A program made the position numbers and the translations under genes. This document shows, piece by piece, positions 62,674 through 64,000 of a DNA stretch of 64,000 bases (positions are counted from its first letter, which is position 1; each line of letters starts with the position of its first letter). Origin of the DNA: Alphaproteobacteria bacterium (GTDB lineage Bacteria > Pseudomonadota > Alphaproteobacteria > Micavibrionales > Micavibrionaceae); NCBI GenBank assembly GCA_030426925.1, contig JAUHXT010000002.1, positions 14,405 through 78,404 of the forward strand, read 5' to 3'. The notes below the pieces were generated by a model, which was given only the letters and a program-made list of their open reading frames with translations, was not told where the DNA came from and ran no database searches.

Positions 62674-63987
62674 TTAATATTCCAGAGCGAGTGTTAAACC
62701 AACCGCATGGGAATCATAGGACGCAAACGCCCGGTTTGAATTACGTTTTCTGTAATCGTATTCAAATTTCAGTTTGGCATTTTGATTCAACAAATAACGG
62801 CTGTTCAGACCCAGGTCGTAAATATCATCGTCACGATCAAGAGGGTTCAGCGCCTGACTGGTTTCAAAGTCGGCGTTTGTGTATGAGGCATCAGCCCCTA
62901 CAGACAGCTTTTCATTGTAGATATGCGTAAAGTCAGCGCCAACGCGCGTATTCACGATACCGGACACGCCGTTTGTTGTGCTGTCCTTGATCCAGCGGTC
63001 AAAGCGCAGGCCCAAAATATCATCCGGTGTGATGTCCCATTCCCCGTCGAAATAGAAATCCAGCTCTTCGATATCGCTAAGCTGCATGGCGTCATAGTCC
63101 TGATCCATATAACCGACATAGGTGTCAAAGCGGAAGTCTTCACCCGGAACGTCTCTGGAGACACCGGCTGCGACATTATATCCATCAGAATCCAGACGGT
63201 ATGTGCTGCTGGAATCTACGCGGTGATCGTAATCTCGCTCATTGGCTGCTGCACGAATGTAAAACACATAAGGTTGAACAAATTCATAACCCAGCTTGCC
63301 GATGACCTCGCGTTGATCATGGTCGCGGTCATCCTGGTTACTGAACGTCGAGTCACGTCTGAAAACAGAATCGTAATCATAAGAATTCCAATACCCGGCA
63401 ATTTCGTAATGGGTCAGGTTCCGTTGCCCGATAAATGAACTTTCAAGGCGGTACAAATCATATTCTACTGGCTCTGAGTTAATGGACCCCGCATCGTCTT
63501 CGAAAGAACCGATGCCGACATGCCCGTGTTTGTACAAAGCGCCGACACGTAATGCATCAGTTGTTGAAAAATCGTACCGGCCATCTGCTTCGACAACCCA
63601 GTCAGCGTAGTTGTTACGCTCATCAGCAAGGTAATAACCGAATTCCGGCGCAAAACGAAAACCGAACTCATGCTTCGTCAGGTTACTCTCAAGATTGATC
63701 TCCGGTTCGAAACTGAAAACGAAGTCGCTTTCTTCACCGGACGTGGCCTTGTAAATGTTATCCAGATACTTTGCGCCAAAGTCGCCTTCTATATCCAGCG
63801 TCATAAGGGAATACAGCCAGTTGTCAGAAAGATTGAAGGGAGCCTTCTTTTCCTCCGACGGTGTGCCGAGCACAGGGACATCGGATGAAGCGGAAGCTCT
63901 CTCCTCAGCTGCAAGCGCAACGGTACTGGTGCCGCACATCAAAAGCAATGTGCCGAAGTAATTGGAAAATCGAAAAGTGTGTTTCAT
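62674..63987 (-). CDS. Outer-membrane beta-barrel protein (OmpL/BBP2-like)
   Basis: Signal peptide ending VALAAEE, alternating aromatic/polar beta-strand pattern rich in Y/D/N, and C-terminal LTLALEY. Confidence 0.8.
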   Translation of the reverse strand: MKHTFRFSNYFGTLLLMCGTSTVALAAEERASASSDVPVLGTPSEEKKAPFNLSDNWLYSLMTLDIEGDFGAKYLDNIYKATSGEESDFVFSFEPEINLESNLTKHEFGFRFAPEFGYYLADERNNYADWVVEADGRYDFSTTDALRVGALYKHGHVGIGSFEDDAGSINSEPVEYDLYRLESSFIGQRNLTHYEIAGYWNSYDYDSVFRRDSTFSNQDDRDHDQREVIGKLGYEFVQPYVFYIRAAANERDYDHRVDSSSTYRLDSDGYNVAAGVSRDVPGEDFRFDTYVGYMDQDYDAMQLSDIEELDFYFDGEWDITPDDILGLRFDRWIKDSTTNGVSGIVNTRVGADFTHIYNEKLSVGADASYTNADFETSQALNPLDRDDDIYDLGLNSRYLLNQNAKLKFEYDYRKRNSNRAFASYDSHAVGLTLALEY

Positions 63988-64000
63988 TCTATTGAACCCT

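Noticed and set aside
56565-64000. Idea that tRNA-Val marks an integrated genomic island or prophage
   Set aside because: No integrase, excisionase, transposase or phage structural genes are present. No repeat of the tRNA 3' half is visible before the window ends. The operon's base composition looks similar to the rest of the window. I kept only the weaker statement that this is a possible accessory junction.
1-64000. CRISPR arrays, rRNA operons, IS elements and toxin-antitoxin pairs
   Set aside because: No regularly spaced direct repeats, no 16S/23S/5S-like sequence and no transposase or integrase motifs turned up in any frame of the ORF track. No convincing small two-gene TA-like pair was seen.

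Overview
Gene-dense, mid-GC bacterial chromosome segment. Gene content and order look alphaproteobacterial (divergent tyrS/anmK, SapC, AsmA-like giant protein), but I cannot verify taxonomy. About 55 CDS and 2 tRNAs are supportable. No rRNA, CRISPR array, transposase or integrase was seen. Layout: (1) 0-28.7 kb is mostly housekeeping: hybrid histidine kinase, TPR-sulfotransferase, mnmA, nifS-like/ferredoxin, bcp, AsmA-like, tyrS, anmK, two tandem homocysteine S-methyltransferase paralogs, tsaC/Sua5 and an acyl-CoA dehydrogenase, followed by a SapC operon and a ugd-cysD-cysNC-GNAT-cysQ (PAPS) operon. (2) 28.8-39 kb is a catabolic-looking cluster: ALDH7-type dehydrogenase, an orphan 445-aa protein, a YdiJ-like FAD/Fe-S oxidase, an SGNH hydrolase, an aminotransferase and a KamA-family radical SAM enzyme. 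(3) 39.3-42.6 kb holds a CHAP lipoprotein, an animal-haem-peroxidase/RTX fusion and a DUF423 protein. (4) 42.7-56.5 kb is a Wzx/Wzy-type exopolysaccharide locus. (5) tRNA-Val and a strikingly AT-rich 450-bp spacer precede a four-gene operon at 57.1-62.7 kb: a 586-aa coiled-coil protein, a ClpB-like double AAA+ ATPase, a single-pass membrane protein and a glycine-zipper protein. The ATPase lacks the Clp N-domain, has a degenerate first ATPase module and lacks both pore-loop tyrosines. I cannot assign this operon to any known system, and it is my best candidate for an undescribed one. All functional calls rest on motif recognition by eye from the supplied translations. No database search was run.
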